Shown here one piece after another: positions 1-12,100 of a stretch of DNA of 64,000 nucleotides. Position 1 is the first letter of the stretch. The number at the start of each line of letters is the position of its first letter. The notes below the pieces were generated by a model. That model saw only the letters and a program-made list of their open reading frames with translations. It had not been told where the DNA came from and did no database searches. Both the position numbers and the translations under genes were made by a program. The stretch covers positions 310,001-374,000 of the forward strand of contig DF236970.1 of NCBI GenBank assembly GCA_000708835.1. The letters are read 5' to 3'. This stretch comes from Klebsormidium nitens (Eukaryota > Plantae > Klebsormidiophyceae).

Positions 1-390
1 ACCCACAGGATCCTAGAAATTCTCTGTCCCGCAACATGAGATGCTGGTCGGAAAACAAAACTGGCCTTCTCAGAGGCCTATCAAGCACTACCAATGCGAC
101 TCTGAAAACAGCGAGCCCAGTCCCTTTTTAAAACCGATCCAGGTTCAGCCGGCGTGCATAGCCCTCAATTTTAAGGGCAACTGTGGAAAGGGGAAACTCT
201 TCTGGTTCTTCTGCAAGCAAGACGCCCTGTCCGGGATTTGGAGCCGTTGTCTACAACAGCTCGAAGCTCGAATTGTGTGATACACCTACCAACCTTTGGA
301 ATATCTTTGCCGACGAGTATAACGGGCCCTCAGAACTGACTAGATTCCACTGACCAACCGACAAGAGTAGATTCTTCGTAGTTTGCAGGC

Positions 391-1916
391 TCACCACATC
401 AGAAGGATCGCTGACGTCAGCACGACCGTGAACCCGACCCCCCCCTCGACGCTCCCCCCCGGCTTTCTTCCGCACTTTTTTTGCGGCATCCCAGAACCCG
501 CTCTCGCGCTTCTTCTTCCCCCGTCGCTCCTCTTCCCGCCCCCCGGGGGGCGGTAGTCTCGTCCCGTCGAAGCACGGGGGATCCCTCCCACCGGTGACGT
601 CGTCCGTGACGTCATCGGCGGTGCGGAAGCCCGCCAGCTGGCAGAAGTGCGCGCCGGAGGAGGCCCACTCGGCGGCGGTGGTGCACACCAGGTCGCGGCG
701 GCCGCAGGGAACTAGGTCCTGCGAGAAATAAATCCACTTATATTTTGACCCCTCTTATAATGTGTATAAAAAAAAATCAGACACCAGAATCTTGTATCTG
801 GGTAAGCGGACCATGAGAAAGCAATCACGGGGCAACAGTACTCATTAAGGGAATCATAAGAGTCGAGAAACTAAATCCAGATGAATCCAATAAGGTCGAA
901 AGTGGGACGACACTCTCGCAGGATGATCCTGCCCTTCTCTCACCTGAGTCATCGCATCCAATGCAAAATACGCTCCCCCGCATGCGTCCAATAGCCTATC
1001 GCACAGGCTCCGGCAGATTACGGGGGGGCCCTCCGAGACCCCAACGTCGGGATCGCAAAGCGCACACTCCACAACTTCCCAAAGCGCCAAGCAATCGGCT
1101 CCCGCCTCGCCGGACGTTGCCAGCTTTCGGAGCCATAAAAGGGCTGCATCGAGGGGTTAAGACTGAGGGTCAGCAAAACGGTTAACGGGTTTCTTAGCGA
1201 TCCAGTCGTGCTTTCTATGGAAGAATATACTGCCAAAGAAGGTCAAAGGAATCTCAATGAGGATGGCTGCTCTTCACAAATTGCCAAACTGTGTAAGCAG
1301 TGGGCCACGGCCAGGGCGAACCATTTGGGTGGTGCAGTGTGTGGTTAATAGGGTGGTTCGATGGGGTGTATATAAATGGGGTGGTTTGTTGGGGTAGTTC
1401 GATAACAAAGCTGAAAGTCTGGACGTACATGCTATTTTCTGCAAATGTTTGCTACCTGCCCTGCACACAATCAATCATCAACATATTATGAGAAAAAGGA
1501 GTGTTCATGATCAGGTCGGGGCAGATCGAAAGATACAGTAAACCACCACAAAGAATCCGAGCATCATAAGAAGTCAGTGAAAGAGAACAAGTAGACTCAT
1601 ACTTACCTGTATCCGTCTGTTCCTTGCCGCAGCACGTCTTCCACTTATAAGCCTTGCACAGGCTCAGGCTTTCCGCCCCTCGCACCCTCCTCGGTTCCTT
1701 CCCCTGAATTGCATACGGCGGGAAGCGCCCCCCTTGCGACCGGCACATTCTAGTTTCATTTGCATCGCTCCTCACATTCTCCTTCAGCGGTGGCTGATCG
1801 GCGGCGGCAGCGGCCGCGATAAGACCTACTGGGAATATACAAGATAATGCCACTGTAAGAATGATGCGAGACTTTAGAATAGAAACATTTCGGATCAAGG
1901 AGCGACAGCGCCTCAT
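391..1916 (-). CDS. Folate-receptor-family (Frizzled-like Cys-rich) secreted or membrane protein, 3 coding exons; 3' end ambiguous
   Basis: Exons 1916-1607, 1143-944 and 718-~391 have GT-AG borders and consistent phases. Hydrophobic leader, then CRSQGGRFPPY..LCKAYKWKTCC..LRKLATSGEAGADCLALWEVVECALCDP..GPPVICRSLCDRLLDACGGAYF..PCGRRDLVCTTAAEWASSGAHFCQLAGF, recalled as the plant folate-receptor-family Cys pattern. An upstream in-frame ATG at 1982 is an alternative start. The C-terminus depends on a possible 1-nt frameshift at 454-460. Confidence 0.85.
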
Positions 1917-2806
1917 CGCAACAGACGGCGTGGCAATCACTTTTGGCCTATCTTGCACAACCACACCCCATTCTCCGCCCATAGCATAGCTTGATGGCCA
2001 GCTGCTTTATAAGTTTAATTATCAACACGCATGCTAGATTAAAAGCGGCCTCCTCCTACGGATTTAAATTGCTGCACCATGCAATTCTGCATAGTCGGTC
2101 GACAAGGGCGCGACGCGGATTGACCGGCGCGGCCGCCCGGCCGCGCGGCTCGGTATGTGAAACACGTGAACGTACGTACGGGCAGTGTCAGGGCCGGTAG
2201 AGGCATGGGGTCCATGGACCATATGCAGAGTCGCAATACCTTCAGATCGAATGCACCGCGTCGCGTCGCGTGGTGCAGGAGCTGTCTGCAAGTTGACGGA
2301 AGACTATATGAATAAAGCACAGGAGAATGAGTCCACTACAACCTACAGAAGCTTTTGTATGCATGGAATGATCATCGCAATACATGCCGGCCACACAAGT
2401 GCAAATCACTTTCGCTTGCAAACATGTTGCGGGGTACAATCGGATCCTATTTGAAAACGCACTAAGGTGCGCACTGAGGATCCAAACAACTGCCACATTC
2501 TCCTCGTCAAATGATAGAGGGTGTTCCAGAACTGAGATCGAAACTTCAGACGAGTTTCCCAGCCATCACTTTAACGAGTGACACAATTGGCAGCTGGGAT
2601 AGAAGGGCTGCGGCCATGTGGGACATATTTGTACACCTTTTCACGACGTTTTCACAGCTATGCTGATCACGTTGTTTCATGCTTGTCCCTTGCCCGCTAC
2701 TTTTAGACGCTACTGCACATATGCAAACTTTCTCGTGCAGGTCACGAACATGAACTGACAAACAAAGGCGCCCAAATCACGCCAAACCGACCGTCTACTT
2801 AACTTC

Positions 2807-5800
2807 CTACTGGACACCCAGCCGCTCCTTGAAATCATCCACCATGAGGGGCAACCCGTCGCGAAGAGCAATCTTGGGCTCCCAGCCAAGCAGCGTCTTG
2901 GCCTTGGTGATGTCAGGCTTGCGCTTGTGGGGGTCGTCCGCCGTGTTTTCGCGGTACACCACCTGGGCCCGGGGGTCGATCACCTCCTTCACGACCTGCA
3001 AAGGACATCAGCAAAAAGCTGCTCAGGACGACAGCTAAGACGTCAGCAACCGGGTTTCGAACCACTGAAAACAACTTGCTAGAGCTGGACAGTGTTATTG
3101 CAGAGACCACCAGCGCCCGGAATTCAATGATCTCTTCGATTACTGATCATCCCGCCGTCACCTGCCCAAAAACACAAAAGCAAGGGACATCGGATAGTTA
3201 GAGCTTTACAGAAGTAACCAGAAGCTTTGGACCGCCTCTTAGCAATCAAGACAAAATGAGGTCAGCAAGGGCTAGGATAACAAGAGCAGATTGTGAACCA
3301 AAATAAGCTTGGGTAGAAAGCTTTCCATCCACGCAAAAAGCAGTTGGAGGTCTCTGAGGACAGAGATGCTAACAGTTGCCGGATGGAACGCTGATATTGG
3401 CAAACGAGTTGAAGGAGGTGGAAAGATGGAAAACAGCGCTGCAGGAGACCAGACGACCAGCAGATTGACAGGAACAGACAAAGCTCCGGTCAACACTAGC
3501 TTCTCTCTTCACTCTTAGAAGGGCACGGAGATAGAGACGACGATGACTCTCCACCACAAAATGGATGGGCATGGAAATGCAGGGAACTTCTGCCAAAGAT
3601 GACTCTACAGAGCAGAATCAGACAACTAGAAAATCAGAGAGTTAGAAGACTTAGAAGATAAATTAGGAAGGGGACTCTTTCGGTGAGTGGCGCTAAGCAA
3701 GGTCTGCTGAATCTCTTCCAGCTTCGAAAGAAGACAACCGCTGGCAAGCGGCCCATCATGCAACTCCTTCATGAACGAGCAGACAGGTACAGACTGTGAA
3801 CATGCCAGAAAGCACAACAGAAGGAACTGGGGCGCATGTAAACGCCCGTGCTGAACACTGGCGCTCTTGTCTTACTTCAAATTCTCCAAAGTTGCGTTGG
3901 TAGTGTGGCAAACCCCAACTAAACAGCGAAGGGGTGAGATAAAACAAGACAAAGCACAAAAAGTAGCGACTGCCGAAGATACTGAGTTCGCCAGGATGCC
4001 CACCTCAGCGAGCTCGACTTTCGTAGACTCTCCTTGCGGTCGAAACATTCCTTGATTGCAGATTTTGTTTTTGAAAAGCAGACAGGAAACTGCGAATGTG
4101 ACAGATATGAAGGAAAGCTGCCAAGGATAGCTGGAGAGATGAACTCGGTGTGAATGCCCACCTCGGCGAGCTCGAGCATGGTGAACTCCCCGGGGTTGCC
4201 CAGGTTGAAGGGGCCGATGTGCTCGCCGTCCATCAAGGCGACCAGGCCGTCCACCTGCATGACGTCAGCGAAGAAGCGCACATGACGTCAGCAACCGGGA
4301 CCCTAAATTAACGGCGCTGCGAGAGCCCTGCCTTCTTCGAGCTTTTAAGTCCTAAGTTGGTGGACGCTCAATGACCGACAGCAAGTTTGATAGAGAAGAC
4401 CAGGGGCGCTTACGAACGCATCAAGCACTGCCTAATCGACGGGCATGATGACATCACCAGTCAAACACGTCCCTTGGGCCAGAAAGGAACGAATAAATTC
4501 ATGTGCTTAGCGTCTCACCAGGTCCGAGACGTACTGGAAGCTGCGGGTCTGCTTGCCGTCCCCATAGACGGTCATGGGGTCCTTCCGAATCGCCTGACAG
4601 AAGAGAAAAAGGGTCAGTGTGCTAGAGTCGACTTGCTGCCGCTTCCATCAGGCTTCTATGTCCAATGGGCAAACGGAAGTACCGCTTCTCTTTTCTGGAT
4701 CACACGAGCGGAAGAGGGAATGGATCCTTCATCCCCGGAACATCACTTAAAGCGCTATGCCCAAAACGGTACTGCAAGCAGCCAGCGAGCTTTTTTGCGA
4801 TATGCTTTCTTGCTAAAAGCGGGAGTAAACTGAGCCAGGCGATTGCAAGGAGGTCTTTCTCTCTCAAAGCGGGACTCAAACCCAACTTCCGTTTAGCCAT
4901 GCATTGAAAAGATGGGACATGAAGTTACCTGAGCCACGAAGTTGCTGACGACACGCCCGTCATCAATGAGCATGCGGGGCCCATAAGTGTTGAAGATACG
5001 CGCAATGCGCACCTACGAGGAAAAAGGGTTCAAGAAAATGTGTCGGGAGCCGAAATGTCATCGGACCACTAAGTCGCTTCTGGTTAGTTTTGAGCTCGAG
5101 GGATTCAGCTGATTGCAAAGAAGCTCGCCTGATTTGGAGATGCAAGGCGACTAGAATTTTTAGGTGGTGCAAAACAAATCTTCAGTGAAAGTGAGCCACT
5201 AACACTACATGCACTTCTGGCACAAGAATACTGATGCAACCGGCTCAGCAGGCAGAGCCACCAATCATCAAGCATCGCTGCAGCCAGAGAGCAGTCAAGA
5301 TTGCAGTTAACAACCACGCGACAGAAACACTTGGTTCCGGAAGAGCCCCCCTTGAGTTGTAGGCCCATGGACCAATAACCCCTGCCTGCAGACATGAAAC
5401 CACCAGCTGTTCGTAGAAGGATCATAACCAGCTGTCCAACTGCCCTGAAATCCCAACCTCGAATTCAATCAGCCCAAACCCCTCACATCGACTCCCGCCC
5501 CCCTGTGGTAGTCCATGGTGAGCGTCTCCGCCGTGCGCTTCCCCTCGTCGTAGCAACTCCTGACGCCGATCGGGTTCACGTTGCCCCAGTACGCCTCCGT
5601 CTGGGGGTGCTCCAAGGGATCCCCGTACACCTCGCTCGTGCTGGTTAGCAGGAACTTGGCGCCAACCCGCTTTGCTAAACCGAGCATGTTGAGCGTCCCC
5701 ATCACATTGGTCTTTATGGTTTTGACAGGGTTGAACTTGTAGAAGACGGGGGAGGCGGGACACGCCAGGTGGTAGATCTCGTCGACCTCGAGAAGGATGG

Positions 5801-8526
5801 GCTCGACGACGTCATGGCGGATGAGCTCGAACTTGGGGTTGCCCAGATGGTGGAGCACGTTCTCCTTGCGGCCTGCATTAAACCGGCTTCGTAAGGGTTA
5901 TTCTGCCTTTTTGGCTAATGGTTACTCTTGCAGTTCTAGGTTAGTAAGGGGTAGCAGCTTGGACGTTTGACTTTCTTCGCAACCGGGTTTCGATCCAGCC
6001 GTCCTGTTAATCATCTGCTGAGAGCAGAGTGGTAAGATGGATGCAGAAACCAAAAGAAAAACTTTGCCTTCGCTGTGTGGTTGCCTAAATGGTGGACGAT
6101 GTTTCTTGTGCAGCCTGCAAGACAATCGACTCTAAGATCCTGGAGATGACAGAGGATAGATTAATCAAATTGCCTTTTTCGGCTCAACCTTGGGAAGTCG
6201 CATGGTGAAGCACCTTCTTCCTTGCAGCAAGAATTTGTGGGGACATAAGATGTAAGCTGAAGTGCACGGTGACCTTAGACAAGAGCCCTGTTCAAGATGT
6301 CTGGGGATAGAAGTTGCATTTCACACCAGAGTGGTGGGTGAAAAAGACGACCATGATGGAGGAAGAAATCACCCAAAGGTAATCCGCCCACAGATACTCG
6401 CTCGAATCAGAAGTGTAAAGACCCAACCAACGAGCATCATCCATAACCTGAAAGTCACTGACATGTTGTCGACGGTTGTCAGACTGCTTGATGATTGTCG
6501 AAGCAGTCTGCTTGAATGACACTTGGGGAGAGCCCCTTCAACAAGGTCTTGGATGATGGCGCGCCATTCATGGACCGGACAGGAGATAATGCCTTGCTCA
6601 GTTTTGACAACGGGTTAACCAAAATACCTACTGCTGCCTGGAACCTTTTGCATGCCAGATTAATTGTAACCTCCTGGATTTGAGTAAGCATGCAAGAGTG
6701 AAAGAACTGCACACTTTGCTGAAAATCCAACTGCATCCAAGATGCAGTCCACCACTTTCAGGCTTGAAAACTCAAAAGCCACATGCCCCGGGCTCAATCT
6801 TCCAACGGAGGAACAGAAAGGGAAGATTTGACCAATGCGGTTGCGATCCCTAGTCATCCACCACAAATGTCCGAAGCCCCAAAAGCGTATCCCAAGAAGC
6901 AAGGGCCATGGAGAACCAGAGGGGCGTACCAGTGAAGTAGTTGTCAATGACGATGACCGAGTCCCCACGCTTGATCAGCTTATCCACCAAATGGCTCCCC
7001 ACAAAGCCAGCCCCCCCAGTCACCAGAACGCGCCGCTCCTTCCTCAGGGGGCTGACCGGCAGCCTGGACAAAGCCTTCGTCGCACCCCCCTGGGCTGGAA
7101 GCTTGCGAGGCAGCGAGTCCTCCTCGTCAGGAAGGTCTCCCCCTGCTAGTTCAAACTCTTCAGTGTCGTCGTCTGAGCGCGTGGCGGCAACGCCGGACTT
7201 CTTGCTGACATACTGGACACGGGCCTGCAGGCACAGAATTTTGACTCATTGACCCTCTCGTCTTAAGCACTATCTTGTTGAGCACTCCTGGTTGAGTGCA
7301 CCATTGAAGGGCTCCTGGTCAGAGTACAAACCCCAGTGATTGATTTTGAAACTTTAGCAGAAAGGCCACATATCATTCTTTTGGTTCGGTGTAGATCAGG
7401 AGTCTCAGAGCCGGGCACCTGGACTCCAGGATGCAGCTCCCAGTACAACACTGATCATTGCAACTGAAATCTAAACAGATTTGGCCTGCTGGTTCAGAGC
7501 TGGTAGAATATGAACTGCTCTACGACTTTTCTCGCATTTAGCCGAGCAAGAAGCGGTCAGATTGCAGCAGGCTCCACAACGAAAGAAAATGCAGGTAACG
7601 AGCAACAAGAGAACTTCATTCTGCAGGTTACTGTGCCTGGTGGTTGATCCCAATAATGAAAATGGATGAAACTCTGACAACCTGACGAAAACACGGCTTT
7701 AACATTGATGGGTGACATACTACTGGACGGCCTTTTGAAAGATGTGCCTCTAATTGGTCGCAAATCATCAACTTGTAACCAGTTGGCGAGGAAGCACAGC
7801 AGTTCCAGTATTTGGTAGTGCTTTCCCACGAGGAGGGAAGAAGCAGGTTCCATTTGCATCACATGTTCTCGGATCTGTAAACTTCAATCAAGCAAACCAC
7901 AACAGTTCGAATGCTTAGCAACCCCTACGGTAGAAGTGTGAGAGCTGTTGAACGGGCACGGTTTTGGGATTCAGGGTTTGGCATGAGAGACCAAGCGTGG
8001 TAGGTGCACATCACAAGCTTTTTGCGACTGATTTTGAACCTCTGACATCTGATGGTTGTGCAATATTCATAGCTTGCAATGCTCAAGGCACCTCAAAAGA
8101 ACCATAGCCTTGTGAAGACAAAACCCCTTCCCGAAGCCGCATCAAAGCGGCTCAGCAAGCAAGGAAGTCAATGCTTTCAATCAGGGATTTTGACTCCAAA
8201 ATGATCCAATCTGAGCTCTTGCATCACACTGACGGTTATGTAACTGTCAGAGCAAAGTACACAGTCCGACAAAGAAGCCTCGACAGATTCTCTCAAAACC
8301 AACACAACCAATCAGATTGCGATTGATCAACAATGAACTCTAAAAGGTTCCCCAAAGAACCAGTAGATCTGCAGTTCTCCAAAACAAAATGCTCCTAAGG
8401 AGACTTCACCTCTGTTTGCGCTCCCACACCTCTTCCGAACCCGTCTCCAGCACCCGACACAGGAACGGCAGCCCATGCCGCAACCCCGAGAAGGACCCCA
8501 AACAGGATCAATGCCCGACGATCCAT
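2807..8526 (-). CDS. UXS: UDP-glucuronate decarboxylase (UDP-xylose synthase), N-terminally membrane-anchored type, 412 aa, 7 exons
   Basis: Exons 8526-8410, 7224-6930, 5872-5487, 5012-4929, 4593-4519, 4254-4162 and 2995-2807 are all GT-AG and in phase. Motifs: [18 protein letters not shown] (Rossmann), [32 protein letters not shown] (YxxxK), [42 protein letters not shown]. Exon 1 encodes the anchor [23 protein letters not shown]. Confidence 0.96.
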
Positions 8527-9115
8527 GTTGACCTCCTGAAACGATCAGAAAGAACAACCTTACAAAAATAACAGGGAAAGTGCCCCAGATATTCTTGGAT
8601 GACTGAGCCGCTGTCAGTGTAAGCTGGTAAGCGCTGGAGCCGGTGCCAGCGGTGGATTCAAAATGCTGAGCGCTGAAAGAAGAACGCTGGTGAGCCACTG
8701 GTTTGGGACCTGTATAATAAACCACCTTGACGCTTAACACCAATATGTTTCATAGTCACGAAAAGTAGTTGAGTATGTCTTCGTGTGCCGGCGCCGTTCC
8801 AAGGTTTAGGGTCAACATGATTTGCAGACAGTTAACCCTTCCTGGCACCGCAAGACAAGCGCAGAACCCTAATTCTAGGATGACGTCAAACTGGGCGCCA
8901 TGCCCAGCATTGCCATGAGCATATCTCGCACAGCGTTTGGAGGACGAAAGGCGCAATGCATGCCATAACTGCCGCAGTGCACGTCTTTCACCTGCTTCAT
9001 TCTTATCGCACTAGGCTGAGTTTTGAAGGAAAGTGAAGGTTGAAACCAGGACAGGCAAACGACCAGCACAGCGTTCTGCGGAGAGAATCAGGCTTCTCAT
9101 AGTGAACTTGTAGGG

Positions 9116-12100
9116 ATGGCTTCATCAAGGGTTTCTTCGTCCTTCCCAGTGACCAAGGAAGGGCAATTGTACGTCGTACGGGAGGCAGGGACTCTCAGTC
9201 TGCGGCGCTTTAAATGCAAAGGCCGCTACTTTGTCCTTAGAGGCAAGTTTGCCTACATCTACAAGAAGGCACCCAAGGCGGAATCTGATGCAAAGGCAAG
9301 TGAAGCACCAGACTGTTTATGCAGACTTGCATGTGTCACAAGTAACTTGGCTCACTCTGACTAGAGGGGTTTGAGGCCGTCAGCCAGTTGACTTGGTCTG
9401 ATTGACTCCCTGTGACTCACTGGACTTCATATTAATGGTGGGCCTTCAGTTGACTTTCTATGCTCCCTAGAAAAGAGCGCACCAATTGGAAGCTGTTGGC
9501 CCTTCCAAATGCTGCGTCTTCTTCATGCACATCTTCTTTGTTGTTCCAAATGAGTCTGAAGCCCTTTGATTATGCTTGTTAGACAAGCTGCCAATTTGAA
9601 TTGGGGAATTGTGAGCAGACCACAGTGTCATGGACCTTGCTACTCGGATGTTGATTGAGTCAGTAGTTCAAATTTTGTTTGAGATTGCAGTGGATAGGTG
9701 GTCCAATTCTGGATCCAGAATTTGAGCACTGCTCCACTTGAGGCCTTCACTGAAGGTTCTTCCATTGTGTATCTCGTCAAAATCAACCTGGCGTCAGATT
9801 GATGGAAGCCCTCCTAAGTTAGGGCGGAAAGCAAAGGAGCACATACTCACCAATCTGGATGTCAGAGGATAATTATCATGATCAGACGTAAGTTTATTGA
9901 ACCTAGAATCGAAAAACCCTTCAGGAGAACGTACGGCGAGGTTACATGGGGCCTCACGTCCGCCTGGCCGAGGCCGGGCGCATAATGGCGGGGGGGAACC
10001 CCCTGTATATATTCAAGATCTACTCGGCAATTGACCACAAGAAGGAGCTGACAATTGGGGCGCTCACTCCTGAAGCCGTGCATGAATGGATGAGCGCGCT
10101 GCAGTCCGCTATTGACTCGGTGAGGGGGTTTCAATCCTGATGTTGATCGGCTCCAGCAGGGCGATAGCTGACTTTAGGAGCAGCAGATGGTTGGATCTGC
10201 AAGCCAGGAACATTACACTTAAGCGCCTAATGTGATTTTCATTGTGAGTCCCTATGTCAAATCAATATGGTGGGAGCAAGGGGATGGCTGCTTTTGTCAA
10301 ACTTTCTGGTCACAAGAGTGGCTTTGGAGAACGGTCGAACTACAGGGTACTGAGTTACACAGATAATCTCTTGGTTGTTAACTGGTCAGCTGCTGAAGTC
10401 AGTGTGACCAAGAAGGCCATGCAAGATTCCCTGTGATCTTCTGTTGGGTAGGGACTACCCTGGCAACATCTTGGAAAAGTTGTTAGGCACGTATGTCAAG
10501 GACCACAAGAGTTGAAGAGCTTACTTTCAATGAAACTCATTGGACAACAGGTTGCAGTGCCGATTGAATTCAGGACCTGGGGGAGTGCTTACCCCTGTAT
10601 TCAGGGGCTCTACTGCTCTCCCGCTGGTCTTAGCTGGGGATTGCGCTCGGCACATGGTCAAGCCTCGAAGCCCCAAGAGGAGATGCAAGTGCCCCTAAGG
10701 TCACCTGATTGCCCTGCGAGCAGCCAATTCTTGGCAAAGTACCGGCCTACAGAAGCCAGACTGTGCATCTCACATTGTGGCCACCGGAATCCAAAATGCA
10801 TGGGCGCAGAAAACGTTAGAGCATTACTTAGAAACAAAATTCTCGATCCATTTCTTGTCCAGCTTACCAGATTTCTCATATTGATCCGCAGGTGGGCCCA
10901 GTGCGGCTGGTCCACTCCACTAGAGTGAGCACTGCGGCCCCTGTTGTGGAGGACAGCTTAACCCCCCGGAATATAGCTCGGTTTTCCGAACCGGGCCCCC
11001 GCGCAGGGAATGGAGTGAGCCCACGGAGGGTGGAGAGAGCTGAGGAGGGGCGCTCACAGGAGATGGAGTTGGTTGAGAGGTGCGCGTCTTTGAGGGTCAG
11101 GTTGCTAAATGGTCAGACGTTAGGTTGTGAATGGAAATTACTATATCAGAGAGTATGCTATTAATCGACTCTTTATAATTGCAAATATCTTTGAGATGCG
11201 TGAAGAGTTGGTGATTGGGGCAGGGAATTGCCCCTCGTACTCATCAGTATAAACATGCTTGTCGAAACCGCTGGCCTACATCTTACTTTTCCGATCGGCT
11301 TGGTTGGTGACAAAAAGGCCGCTTCAACTCAGATTCTGACCGACACGTAGCCGGCTTGCTCCCTTATTATGCGTGCTTGCACTTTGCAGCGAGTCTCCGG
11401 TCGGAAAAGCGCCTGCAATGCTGAGAAAGCACACGCGCAGGAAGGACAGCTACGGAAGAGGTGGGTGTCTGATGCTGAAAAGGACTTTACTCAATGCACG
11501 GTACGTTTGTCATAGCGAAGGTGTGCACACACCTGGCATGGTTTCTGTGCATGCGAAGGGCGTGGTTTGTTAGCAGCTGAGAAGTCCAGGGCTTACTACT
11601 GAGGCGGCAGCTTGGCCGGCTGACACGCCAACTCTCCCCTGGATGAACTTGAAAAAAATGAAGGCTGAACTCTTCTCAAATCACGAATTGTCAAAGCGAC
11701 ACAGCCTCGAGTTTGCTTCCTATTGACAACTCCAGCTGAAGCGCTCCATCTTAAGCTTTCCCGTGTTGCGAATCGCAGCTTTGCGGAATTCGTCAGTGTC
11801 AGCAGGCGGCTCGTTTGAATGTTTTTGACCGCTTACATCTTGACCGCATGTTCATCACTAGCGGATGTTTCCAAAGAGGAACCGATCCCGTCGAGACACG
11901 ATAATCTGATGAACATCGAGAAACTGCTTTCTGGAGCCGGCATCTTTGATCTGGTCGAAAAGTTTGCAAAATGGTTTGAGAGTGTCTCGTCTATTTCGGA
12001 ATTTGGATCTGACTGGCCCGGTTTATTCACAGGCATTCCTGAGTACTTCAAAGACTGGACGGAGTCGGAGATTGCGCATGCGGGCCACGGAGAAATCCTT

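Noticed and set aside
6480-6510. 10-bp stem hairpin with TGATGA in the loop, in a UXS intron
   Set aside because: Too short for a miRNA precursor, the box C word is on the antisense strand, and there is no box D partner.
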